DNA of 26,194 nt from UHGV virus genome UHGV-0110177; one strand, 5' to 3'. Source of the DNA: a virus. The notes under the pieces were generated by a model. That model searched no databases. It was not told the origin of the DNA and saw only the letters and a list, made by a program, of their open reading frames with translations. This document shows positions 8,889 through 16,919 of the stretch, in pieces. A program made the translations under genes and the position numbers. The number at the start of each line of letters is the position of its first letter. Position 1 is the stretch's first letter.

Positions 8889-8966
8889 TCACCAGGCCAG
8901 CATAACCAGTGAAATCGCGGCGACCATAACAACAGTTACCAAGCATACTATCAGATACTCTCTCAT
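8889..8966 (-). CDS. Candidate 25-aa hydrophobic peptide (MREYLIVCLVTVVMVAAISLVMLAW)
   Basis: Only coherent small ORF in a ~300-bp unit bounded by two minus-strand terminators; weak SD; speculative. Confidence 0.25.
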   Translation of the reverse strand: MREYLIVCLVTVVMVAAISLVMLAW

Positions 8967-9093
8967 TATTTTCCAACTGATTATTTGCATCATATATCAA
9001 CAAGGATAGCCTGATTAAGTAGATGTAGCGTGCATGGCTACGAAACAGGCAAGGGTGCAAAGAGGGATGCTGCGGAGTTCGTGAGGAAAGGGC

Positions 9094-9120
9094 AATAAAA
9101 ACCCGGCGTGGTGTCCGGGT
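9094..9120 (-). terminator. Rho-independent terminator ending the repressor operon (stem ACCCGG/CCGGGT, then UUUUUAUU on the minus strand)
   Basis: Hairpin and T-run located 8 nt after the stop of the 118-aa gene. Confidence 0.7.
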
Positions 9121-9127
9121 CGAAGAG

Positions 9128-9484
9128 TTATTTTAGAACAAGTCCATTAAGAGCATCCAGAATTTTTGAAACGTAATTCCCAAAAATATAAGCACAGAAA
9201 GCAAAAATGATGCTCACTACAGCAGCCGATGCTTTTATGGTTGTTTTGGCGGAGCCAATGCCTGTCTCTATTGCCGCTAACCTTGAATCGATTGACTTTA
9301 TGTCAGATTTTACTTCAGCGATATCGCGCTTAATGTATTCAACATCTGACTCAAGCTTTGCAACTCTTGCCTGCATGTCACCACCCCCACCAGAACCATC
9401 ACCGTCTTTGAAGTTAGTATGGGGGGTTACAGCTCTATTTTCAACTGGCGCTTTCGCGGGGTTAAAACTATAAACTTGCCCCAT
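9128..9484 (-). CDS. Tail-anchored membrane protein: Gly-rich linker, coiled coil, C-terminal TM helix (118 aa; alternative ATG at 9376 gives 82 aa)
   Basis: ORF co-transcribed downstream of repressor; ~42% GC versus ~52% in core genes; C-terminal hydrophobic segment AAVVSIIFAFCAYIFGNYV. Confidence 0.6.
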   Translation of the reverse strand: MGQVYSFNPAKAPVENRAVTPHTNFKDGDGSGGGGDMQARVAKLESDVEYIKRDIAEVKSDIKSIDSRLAAIETGIGSAKTTIKASAAVVSIIFAFCAYIFGNYVSKILDALNGLVLK

Positions 9485-9920
9485 TTACGGCATCTCCGGT
9501 GTGATGAATTACATGAAAATAACAGCTATGGCTGTCGATTATTTCGCTTGTCTTATTACCATGTTCATCATTTTTGAAGTTTGTAATTTTGGCTTCATAA
9601 AGCCCCTCTTTACTGAGGTCTACATCGCTGACAAACATAGATGAAATGTAACAAACGTGATCGCTTTCAATGAAGTTGATTGATGATGTTTCAAAATAAC
9701 CATCATCATCATGCATAATGATTACTGTATGATTATTAAATAGAATATCTATTTCAGTGCGTACAAGATGATTTACAGGGACAGAAAAGCCTATAGTGAT
9801 AATCACTGTCTGCAACTCATTTGTAGGAGAGGGGGATAGCATCGGCATGGGCTGATACCACTTAAGCCCCTTTATTCCATCTTTCTGTAATGTGGGATAA
9901 GCAAACAGAATTTTATTCAC
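9468..9920 (-). CDS. AT-rich hypothetical protein (150 aa, GTG start)
   Basis: GTG at 9920 with SD AAGGAAG 8 nt upstream; ~37% GC; sits between repressor and membrane protein. Confidence 0.55.
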   Translation of the reverse strand: MNKILFAYPTLQKDGIKGLKWYQPMPMLSPSPTNELQTVIITIGFSVPVNHLVRTEIDILFNNHTVIIMHDDDGYFETSSINFIESDHVCYISSMFVSDVDLSKEGLYEAKITNFKNDEHGNKTSEIIDSHSCYFHVIHHTGDAVNGASL

Positions 9921-9977
9921 TTGATTGCTTCCTTAACACTTAAAATGTGCCACTAGAGCATGATTTTCAAAAAACGG

Positions 9978-10364
9978 CTATTCTCCGTCACCCTTAATCC
10001 GCCGCCCCATGTACTTGGCGTACAGCTCGTCGAGTTCCTTAAGGCGCAGAGACACGATCCGCAACATGTTCTGCTGCTCTTCTTCCGGCAACTGGCGATA
10101 GAGCTCGAGTAGGCGCTGTTCGTCAGGCTTAAGACCGTCCTTCTCTCCAACATCCTCACCAAGTAGCCAGGGAACTGATACGCCAGCAGCATCTGCAACC
10201 GCTAATGCAGAACTTTTGCTAATAACACCTTTTTTGAACCAGCCGTTTACGGATTGCGGGGTAATCCCCGCAACCCTTGCCATATCAGATTTTGTCATCC
10301 CTCGTTGCGTCAGTTCTGTCAAACGCTCGATGAGAATCGGGTTAAGTATTTTTTTCTCAGCCAT
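9978..10364 (-). CDS. Prophage repressor, HTH (XRE-type), 128 aa, no recognisable LexA-like S24 cleavage domain
   Basis: HTH motif MTKSDMARVAGITPQSVNGWFKKG; divergent from cro-like gene across the operator region; short C-terminal helical domain only. Confidence 0.8.
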   Translation of the reverse strand: MAEKKILNPILIERLTELTQRGMTKSDMARVAGITPQSVNGWFKKGVISKSSALAVADAAGVSVPWLLGEDVGEKDGLKPDEQRLLELYRQLPEEEQQNMLRIVSLRLKELDELYAKYMGRRIKGDGE

Positions 10365-10373
10365 ATCAGAAGA

Positions 10374-10441
10374 ATAAGCCTTTTGCTTATAAATTAAAAT
10401 TCGCTCAGGACTTGATCTTTTGTTAAGTCTGAGGCTTAATT
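10374..10441. promoter_or_regulatory. OR-like operator/promoter unit: palindromes ATAAGCCTTTTGCTTAT (10374-10390) and TTAAGTCTGAGGCTTAA (10423-10439); rightward promoter -35 TTGATC (10412-10417), -10 TTAATT (10436-10441)
   Basis: Inverted repeats read directly; placed between divergent repressor and cro-like genes; cro SD GGAGA follows. Confidence 0.65.
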
Positions 10442-10467
10442 TATTTGTGAATCTAGTGGAGATACTC

Positions 10468-10701
10468 ATGAACGGATTAGAAAAGGCCATTCAGAAAGCT
10501 GGCACTGCCAGCAACTTAGCCGCAAAGCTAGGCATTAAACCGATGTCGGTTAGTCGCTGGAAAACACGATACAAGGGCGTCGTGCCAGCCGATCGTGTTT
10601 TACCAATTTTCAACGCAACTGGTGTTACCCCCCATGAATTGCGCCCTGATCTGTATCCGAACCCCACGGACGGATTACCAGCGCAGGATGCGAGGGCGTA
10701 A
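10468..10701 (+). CDS. Cro/YdaS-like HTH protein (77 aa)
   Basis: HTH (ASNLAAKLGIKPMSVSRWK); first gene rightward of operators; SD GGAGA. Confidence 0.75.
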   Translation: MNGLEKAIQKAGTASNLAAKLGIKPMSVSRWKTRYKGVVPADRVLPIFNATGVTPHELRPDLYPNPTDGLPAQDARA

Positions 10702-10703
10702 CC

Positions 10704-11246
10704 GTGCATTCAATTTCATTTCAACAAAATACCGGGTTTCCTCCAGCCACGATGATAAATCGCAATCAGCCTGATCCGGCGGATAAGCATGACCAGATTC
10801 GGGCTGCCGTTCGTGCGTGGTCGGCATCGCTGGACAACCAGGACGTAGTCGCCGGGATCATCGTTGAGGAATGGGAACGGCAGGGCGGCGCCGGGCTGGA
10901 TTTTCCTGACGACCTGAGCCGTAAGCGGCAGAAGCTTTTCCGCTGGCTGGACAGCGATACCGGATATGCGCGCGAAAACATCCGTCAGCTGACTCCGGCG
11001 ATCCTGGCTGTTTTGCCGCTTGAGTTTCGTGGTCGCCTTATCGGACAGGATTGTTTCATGACGCGTTATGCAGCGATGGAGAAGGAAATCAGCGAGGCGA
11101 AACAGGCCGTAATGCTGAATGCGCCAAAGCATCAACTGGTGAAAGAGGTCAGGGAAGGGATTGAGCATCTGCTGAATATGTTGCCGGGTGATGCTGTCGT
11201 TCAGGTTCTGAGTGGTATCGCGGCCATAGCGCCGGGTGTCATGTGA
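10704..11246 (+). CDS. YdaT-family protein (CII-position regulator), 180 aa from GTG
   Basis: Recalled similarity to E. coli YdaT core (EEWERQGGAGL...LTPAILAVLPLEFRGRL compared with EEYLRQGGGEL...LIPAILAILPRELRHRL); SD GAGGG before GTG. Confidence 0.65.
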   Translation: MHSISFQQNTGFPPATMINRNQPDPADKHDQIRAAVRAWSASLDNQDVVAGIIVEEWERQGGAGLDFPDDLSRKRQKLFRWLDSDTGYARENIRQLTPAILAVLPLEFRGRLIGQDCFMTRYAAMEKEISEAKQAVMLNAPKHQLVKEVREGIEHLLNMLPGDAVVQVLSGIAAIAPGVM

Positions 11247-11255
11247 GGTTGCCAG

Positions 11256-11510
11256 ATGAATCATTTGGAGTTCATAGAAAAGCATGTCCGGGAAGAGTTG
11301 ATCCGCCAGGGCTTCACCGTAGCGGTGGCTCAGGGAGGGGCATTTCAGGCCGTCGATATGTACAAGCGAATGAGCCAGGCAAGCAGAAAGGGGAGGATTT
11401 TTGATGATGTTTTACGCCACGCGAAATTGTGGGCAGAAAAGCAAACATTACCGGCTGATCGGTTTGATTCAAAACGGGCTAAACGGGGCAAGCAACAGGG
11501 CTTGTTCTGA
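11256..11510 (+). CDS. Hypothetical protein (84 aa)
   Basis: ORF in operon; SD GAGG. Confidence 0.5.
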   Translation: MNHLEFIEKHVREELIRQGFTVAVAQGGAFQAVDMYKRMSQASRKGRIFDDVLRHAKLWAEKQTLPADRFDSKRAKRGKQQGLF

Positions 11511-11629
11511 AAGGGTGAAGACCGCTGTGCTCCAACACAGACGGCCTTCGGGTGCAATTCGTTGCGTACTCATTGCGAGATCATTATGACAAAGAGTTTT
11601 TCAAAACACCAGGCAAGGGAGGCATAGCT

Positions 11630-12628
11630 ATGTCGAATGTCGCCTACGCCGATTTTGCGGCGGTACGCGCCGCCAGGAGCAACCGGATGGAAAACCAGAA
11701 GACCGGATTCATCCCGTTGTACCGGAGTGTACTCAAGCAGCCATGGTCAGAAGATGTTTACCTGCGTACGTTGTGGGATAACCTGCTTTTGGGCGCTGCC
11801 AGCCAGCCATACACAGCGAGCTTTAAAGGTCGCCAATGGCCGCTACAAACCGGACAACTGGTGACCACGGCGGCCGATCTGGGCCTGAAACTACGTGACA
11901 GAAAAGGCAACCCAACAAGCCGTGATGCTGTTGAGAGAATGCTGACGTTTTTTGTGCGTGAAGGGATGATTTCCATTGAGGGAGAACGGCAAAGAGGGCG
12001 TGTGATCACGATCTCAAATTATGTCGAATATGCTCAAAAAATGGACAATTTGCCCGCACAAACTTCCGCACATACCAGCGCACATATGCCCGCACATGGC
12101 GAAGCCAGTAACGGCGCGGATTTGGCGGTAGGTAGCGCACATGAAAGCGCACATACATCCGCACAAACAAGCGCACATCATGAACAATATATATTAAATA
12201 CTAACGTATTTAATGTACGTCAGAGAATTTCCAAAATTGTTCCTGATGCAGCAGTCCAGACTCCGAAAGGTGACAAGTGGGGGACATCTGACGATCTCCG
12301 CTGCGCAGAGTGGATGCTGGCGCTGCGTGACATCACCAAACCATCCCTGAAAAAACCGAATATGGCTGGCTGGGCGAATGACATACGCCTGATGCGCCAG
12401 CTGGACGGACGCACCCACAAAGAGATTTGTGAGTTGTTCAGATGGGCCTGCAAAGACTCGTTCTGGTACAAAAATATTCTCTCCCCCGCAAAGCTCCGCG
12501 CCAAGTGGGACACGTTAACCCTTCACCGTGAAGACACTACCCGCAAGCCACGCGCAGATGTCAGCGCAAGCAAATCCGAAACCGGCCCGCACTGGAACAG
12601 TGCTGAAGCATGGGAGAAATTTTTATGA
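11630..12628 (+). CDS. Replication initiator (lambda O-like replisome organiser), 332 aa
   Basis: Position immediately upstream of P-like gene; embedded iterons plus AT-rich tract inside gene as in lambda O; SD AGGGAGG 8 nt before ATG 11630. Confidence 0.7.
   Translation: MSNVAYADFAAVRAARSNRMENQKTGFIPLYRSVLKQPWSEDVYLRTLWDNLLLGAASQPYTASFKGRQWPLQTGQLVTTAADLGLKLRDRKGNPTSRDAVERMLTFFVREGMISIEGERQRGRVITISNYVEYAQKMDNLPAQTSAHTSAHMPAHGEASNGADLAVGSAHESAHTSAQTSAHHEQYILNTNVFNVRQRISKIVPDAAVQTPKGDKWGTSDDLRCAEWMLALRDITKPSLKKPNMAGWANDIRLMRQLDGRTHKEICELFRWACKDSFWYKNILSPAKLRAKWDTLTLHREDTTRKPRADVSASKSETGPHWNSAEAWEKFL
12053..12225. repeat. Candidate replication origin: 8 copies of (C/G)CGCACA(A/T) in two clusters of four (12053-12098, 12134-12179), then AT-rich tract 12183-12225
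   Basis: Repeats at 11-13 bp spacing read directly; encode the AH-x-SAH protein repeats; architecture matches ori-lambda inside O. Confidence 0.6.
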
Positions 12629-13320
12629 CCCCGGATCTTTATCGTGCAATTCAGAATCGCGACAGCGAAGTGCTATCGCGCATGGCTGGAGATTCTTACG
12701 ACGGCCGTAAGGTTGTTAACAGTGACGCTGAAAAGCTGGTGGATATGCTTTTTGAAAATCTCATGCAGGTATTTCCGGCATCCACTCAGACGAACCTACG
12801 TACTGGCGATGATATTCGCGTTGCAAAGCAGCAATGGATCGCCGCCTTTGCTGAGTCAGGCATCACCTCCCGTGAGCAACTTTCCGCCGGAATGCAGAAA
12901 GCCCGATCCAGTCAGTCACCGTTCTGGCCGTCGCCCGGGCAGTTTATTTCGTGGTGCCGTGAAGGGAGTGGCGCGCTGGGAGTCAGTGTGGACGACATCA
13001 TGAGCGAATACTGGCGCTGGCGGAAACTTGTTTTTCGCTATCCGACGAGTGAGCAATTCCCCTGGAGGGATAAAAACCCGCTGTATTACCACGTCTGCCT
13101 GGAGTTGCGCCGTCGTGGAACGGAGGGGCAACTCAGCGAAAAGGAACTTATCCGGGCTGCTGGCGACATCCTGCATGACTGGGAAAAACGCACTCTTGCT
13201 GGAAAGCCCATACCACCCGTTCGTCGCGCTATAGCCGCACCTTTGCAGGATCGTGGGCCAACACCAGCCGAGTTGTTAATGGCGAAATACAAGCAGCGTA
13301 AAGACGCCGGGCTGATTTAA
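12625..13320 (+). CDS. Replication protein P-like helicase loader (231 aa)
   Basis: Recalled similarity to lambda P (FPAS...QWIAAFAESGITSREQLSAGMQKAR...PFWPSPGQFISWCRE); ATGA overlap with O stop. Confidence 0.85.
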   Translation: MTPDLYRAIQNRDSEVLSRMAGDSYDGRKVVNSDAEKLVDMLFENLMQVFPASTQTNLRTGDDIRVAKQQWIAAFAESGITSREQLSAGMQKARSSQSPFWPSPGQFISWCREGSGALGVSVDDIMSEYWRWRKLVFRYPTSEQFPWRDKNPLYYHVCLELRRRGTEGQLSEKELIRAAGDILHDWEKRTLAGKPIPPVRRAIAAPLQDRGPTPAELLMAKYKQRKDAGLI

Positions 13321-13336
13321 CGGGAGGAGAATGACG

Positions 13337-13648
13337 ATGGCAAGCAAATCACTGTGGGCAATTGTTGATTTCCTTCGGGAAAACCAGACCATCACGCCGA
13401 GACAGGTTCAGAACCTGCTGGGATGCGACGGCAAGAAATCTCACAACCTGCTGCTTCACCTGACGCGCAAAGCGGTAGTTATCCGTACAGGCGAGCCGCA
13501 TCACCCGGTTTATTCGCTGTTGCCCGGCGGAGAACTGAATATCAAGCGCTTCAAATCGACCGTGAGAAAAAACATGGTCACATCCGTTTGCCGCAACAGC
13601 GCGGCGATGAAGAGAGTTCTGGCATTTTACGGGAGAGCGTCAGCATGA
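13337..13648 (+). CDS. Hypothetical protein (103 aa)
   Basis: SD GGAGGAG 7 nt before ATG 13337. Confidence 0.5.
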   Translation: MASKSLWAIVDFLRENQTITPRQVQNLLGCDGKKSHNLLLHLTRKAVVIRTGEPHHPVYSLLPGGELNIKRFKSTVRKNMVTSVCRNSAAMKRVLAFYGRASA

Positions 13649-14244
13649 AATCAACGGTAGAAACAAAAATCATTGAGTTAGTGAAGTCAGGGCATGATCT
13701 GGCGAAAGAACTGCATTGTGCTGAGTCTGCCGCGCTGATTAGCGATCTGGCATCTCAACTGGAAGTGCAGTTTGCCCGTAGCAATGCGCTGGCTGCAAAG
13801 CTGAGCATGATTAACGGCCTCATGGATGCTGCTGAACAGGCCAATAAACTTGCGCAGGAAGCAACGGAAAAACTGGTACAGGAGCGTGACGCGCTGGCTG
13901 CGGAGAATGCGGGGCTGATTAGTAGTTCTGAATGTTTACTCCATGAAGCGAGCGAAGTGTACCGGGCTTATAACAAAACACAACTGCCGGATGGCGACCT
14001 TGTTGACGAACAATGCTTGCAAGAAGTGTATGACGCCATCAACGCGACTCCGACAACCGACGCTTTCCTGGCTGAAGTGCGGGCGCATGACCTTAACGCC
14101 TTCATTCAGCATCACAGGGCAGAACTGGATGCGCATATTAAAAACGGTGGTGAGCAGTTAGACGAAAAATCAGTACGCATCAGAGACATCATCGTCTCAG
14201 CTCGCTTGTTCATGGAGAAACTTCGCAAAGGCGGTGCAGCATGA
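13645..14244 (+). CDS. Coiled-coil hypothetical protein (199 aa)
   Basis: ATG 13645 with SD GGGAGAG; ATGA overlap with upstream stop; the track ORF start at 13423 is an over-extension across the upstream gene. Confidence 0.6.
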   Translation: MKSTVETKIIELVKSGHDLAKELHCAESAALISDLASQLEVQFARSNALAAKLSMINGLMDAAEQANKLAQEATEKLVQERDALAAENAGLISSSECLLHEASEVYRAYNKTQLPDGDLVDEQCLQEVYDAINATPTTDAFLAEVRAHDLNAFIQHHRAELDAHIKNGGEQLDEKSVRIRDIIVSARLFMEKLRKGGAA

Positions 14245-14498
14245 GCATTCTGGACGTTCTAAATACCGGACTCGCCTTAATGGGATGGCTATTCATCATG
14301 TTCAAAACAGGCCAGTGGTTTATCTCTATTGCGCTAAAGCAGTGGGATAAACGCAGAAAGCAATCTCGTCGTCAAAAAGCAGTAAACGAATTTTACGATG
14401 CGTTTGACCTTTCCAGCATCGAGCCCGGAACGACAGTTCGCCTGGCTACTAAAGGCGATCTGACAATCATGATGTTTCGCCAGGAGACCGCCCAATGA
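14241..14498 (+). CDS. Small membrane protein (85 aa)
   Basis: ATGA-coupled start; hydrophobic N-terminal helix LALMGWLFIMF. Confidence 0.55.
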   Translation: MSILDVLNTGLALMGWLFIMFKTGQWFISIALKQWDKRRKQSRRQKAVNEFYDAFDLSSIEPGTTVRLATKGDLTIMMFRQETAQ

Positions 14499-15241
14499 GC
14501 AACATAGACAAACAGGCGCTGCGTGATATCGCAGAGAAAACAAAAATCGCTGGCGAAGCTCCGGTTATGCCGTTCGAGCAACGAATCAATGCGCTGAATG
14601 ATTTCATGAAGCATTTTACCCCGGCAACTGCGCTGGCGCTGCTGGATGAGCTGGAAGCGCTCCAGTCTTTCCGTACCGCATTCAATGAGTGGCACGATAA
14701 AACAGAATGGGTGCAGGGTGATAAGCGATTTGACGTCATTAAGCCGTGGGGTAAGCACCGCGCCGACGTTCTGAAGCTCTATATCGATCACCTGGAATCA
14801 AAGCTGGAAGCCAAAGAAGAACAGCGAGCTAACTGGTTTCAGATGGCGCAGAAGTTAGGCGAGGATTTGGACGCCGCAGAGAAGCGCATAGCAGAACTGG
14901 AGGCGCGTGCATTCAACCCCGCAATTCTGGATGTGATAGCAGAGCGCCAGCGGCAACAATCGGTTGAAGGGTGGACGCCAGAGCATGACGATTTACATGA
15001 TAGCGGGGAATTAGCTGGCGCAGCGGCATGTTATGCGCATTACACGAACGCTCGCGGGTGGGTATTTCCGACAAACCCTGGCGATTATCAGTCAGCAGAC
15101 GAGCCAAATAACTGGCCGTGGGACCCGGCATGGTGGAAACCAACTAACCCGCGCCGTGACCTGGTGAAAGCTGGCGCGTTAATTCTGGCAGAAATTGAAC
15201 GCATTGACCGCGCCGCTGGCATCAACATGGAGGCTGAGTGA
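14495..15241 (+). CDS. Ead/Ea22-like protein (248 aa)
   Basis: N-terminus MSNIDKQALRDIAEK...ALALLDELEA recalled as typical of the Ea22-like family; ATGA-coupled. Confidence 0.6.
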   Translation: MSNIDKQALRDIAEKTKIAGEAPVMPFEQRINALNDFMKHFTPATALALLDELEALQSFRTAFNEWHDKTEWVQGDKRFDVIKPWGKHRADVLKLYIDHLESKLEAKEEQRANWFQMAQKLGEDLDAAEKRIAELEARAFNPAILDVIAERQRQQSVEGWTPEHDDLHDSGELAGAAACYAHYTNARGWVFPTNPGDYQSADEPNNWPWDPAWWKPTNPRRDLVKAGALILAEIERIDRAAGINMEAE

Positions 15242-15465
15242 TGGCTAATTCATTACTGGAAACCTGCAACAACTGGCAGATTCGGCGCGCTGAGTTACTG
15301 GCTCACAACCCTGACATAGCAATGACAATCGATCAACTGGACTCTCTGATTGAGCGCACTGTGCGCTCTGCAATTGAGATAGCGCACCGCGTGGATTGGG
15401 ACTTTCGTGAAGCTGAGCGGCTGGCGAAAGAAGTTGCCGCCGCTGGCATCGGTAAGGGGGAGTGA
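15241..15465 (+). CDS. Hypothetical protein (74 aa)
   Basis: ATG overlaps upstream stop. Confidence 0.5.
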   Translation: MANSLLETCNNWQIRRAELLAHNPDIAMTIDQLDSLIERTVRSAIEIAHRVDWDFREAERLAKEVAAAGIGKGE

Positions 15466-15468
15466 GTT

Positions 15469-15636
15469 ATGTGGGTATTAATTATCTGGATGCTTGGCGG
15501 CTACAACTGGAATAGCCCCTCAATCGCCGCTCAGGAATTTAACTCAGAATCAGCGTGTCGCGCAGCCTTTGCTGAAGTTAAAAAGATAAACGACGGTGAA
15601 ATACCTCTTCGTGGCGCATGTACGCCAAAGGACTAA
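15469..15636 (+). CDS. Small protein with hydrophobic N-terminus (55 aa; MWVLIIWMLGGYNW...)
   Basis: Not in track (<60 aa); SD GGGGAG 7 nt upstream; fills gap between flanking genes. Confidence 0.4.
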   Translation: MWVLIIWMLGGYNWNSPSIAAQEFNSESACRAAFAEVKKINDGEIPLRGACTPKD

Positions 15637-15639
15637 CCC

Positions 15640-16107
15640 ATGACCACTATTACCAGAGAACAGGCGCAAAAAATTATTGATGCAGCCGACGAGGTGATTA
15701 CCGCGCTGGCCGGAACAAATGAGGATGTACACCCTGAAAGCGACAACATGCTCCGTCTGTGGGATGACCTGAATGACCGTTACGCACCACCAGAAGTTGT
15801 ACGAGAGCTGGCGCGTATCGCGCTGGCATCGCTTACCGCTGAGCCTGTGGCATATGCAGACCCGCAGTCATTCGACAATTTCAAGAGCATGGGCGGGAAA
15901 AACGCTGCGTGCACTAAAGAGTGGATGTGGCGAGATTCCGGTGAGGATCTGATTCCTGTCTACACCGCCCCGCCAGCGCCGGCAGTACCAACATTCGACG
16001 AATGGCTGGAAATTCGCGGTAACAAGCCGCTTGGATGGGTCAAAGATGCCATGCGTGAATCGTATGACGCCTGCCGCGCCGCAATGCTTAACGGAGGTAA
16101 ATCGTGA
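15640..16107 (+). CDS. Hypothetical protein (155 aa)
   Basis: ORF in operon. Confidence 0.55.
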   Translation: MTTITREQAQKIIDAADEVITALAGTNEDVHPESDNMLRLWDDLNDRYAPPEVVRELARIALASLTAEPVAYADPQSFDNFKSMGGKNAACTKEWMWRDSGEDLIPVYTAPPAPAVPTFDEWLEIRGNKPLGWVKDAMRESYDACRAAMLNGGKS

Positions 16108-16619
16108 AAACTATCCAGTTATCAGAGCGTGAACTTTCCATGATTTTCAGCATGCTGACGCCGCCGTACTGCGCTGAAGATATTCGCTCTGACGAGTTCA
16201 ACGAATTGCGTAATAAAGTCTTTTACGCTCTGCGTGATGCAAGGAACGATGAACTTGTAAGTAATCGTGATGAGTTGCCTGAAGAAAAAGGCGCATCTCT
16301 CCAACTGCGTAATTTAATCCGGCGGCGCCATGCTGAATGGTCTGATGCCACGTTCGGAAATGTTGGTCCTGTTGGTCCACTTAAGCACCTGTCGAAAGAG
16401 GCGCTGGAAGCCGCAGCAGAACCTGACGACCTCAGCGAGTGGGCTGATATGCAGTTCCTGTTATGGGACGCCCAGCGGCGCGCTGGTATCTGCGATGGTG
16501 AAATCACAGCAGCAATGGAAGAAAAGCTGAAAGTGAATATGGCGCGCCAGTGGCCAGAACCGAAAGACGGAGAACCACGGCTGCACATCAAAGCGGATCA
16601 ACAGCAGGAGCACAAGTGA
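16104..16619 (+). CDS. Protein with DUF550-like (dATP/dGTP pyrophosphohydrolase-like) C-terminal region, 171 aa
   Basis: Motif HAEWSDATFGN...LKHLSKEALE...EWADMQFLLWD recalled as DUF550-like; GTGA-coupled start with SD GGAGGT. Confidence 0.55.
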   Translation: MKTIQLSERELSMIFSMLTPPYCAEDIRSDEFNELRNKVFYALRDARNDELVSNRDELPEEKGASLQLRNLIRRRHAEWSDATFGNVGPVGPLKHLSKEALEAAAEPDDLSEWADMQFLLWDAQRRAGICDGEITAAMEEKLKVNMARQWPEPKDGEPRLHIKADQQQEHK

Positions 16620-16691
16620 CGGACTGGCCTACTGCGTTCATGATTGTTGGTGTGGCGTTTGCTATGGCCGCAATGGTTATATGGGGGTGAG

Positions 16692-16919
16692 GTGATTACT
16701 TATCTTTTTTTCGGTTTCCTTATTGTTTGCACTCTGTTTTGCATGGTGATGTTATGGCGGGTTGCCAAGGTGGCAGAGTGGCGACTCAAGGCCCTCGAGA
16801 TGAGTGCTGATGATTATCAGGCGCTACCTGAATTTCATAAGATGCTGTGGATGATTTGGATATGGAGGCTAGAACGCTTCCCGAGATGTAATAAGCGGGC
16901 ATGGTCGGAGGTGAAGTGA
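16692..16919 (+). CDS. Possible small membrane protein (75 aa from GTG)
   Basis: Hydrophobic N-terminus; start uncertain (TTG/GTG); competing 24-codon ORF in another frame at 16616..16690. Confidence 0.3.
   Translation: MITYLFFGFLIVCTLFCMVMLWRVAKVAEWRLKALEMSADDYQALPEFHKMLWMIWIWRLERFPRCNKRAWSEVK

Noticed and set aside
8636-9060. Minus-strand ORFs of 98 and 85 aa
   Set aside because: Span an intrinsic terminator or intergenic sequence; translations look non-protein-like; only the short 25-aa frame is retained as a low-confidence candidate
12644-13292. Alternative-frame ORFs within the P-like gene
   Set aside because: P-like frame is supported by recalled similarity to lambda P; the others are frame shadows
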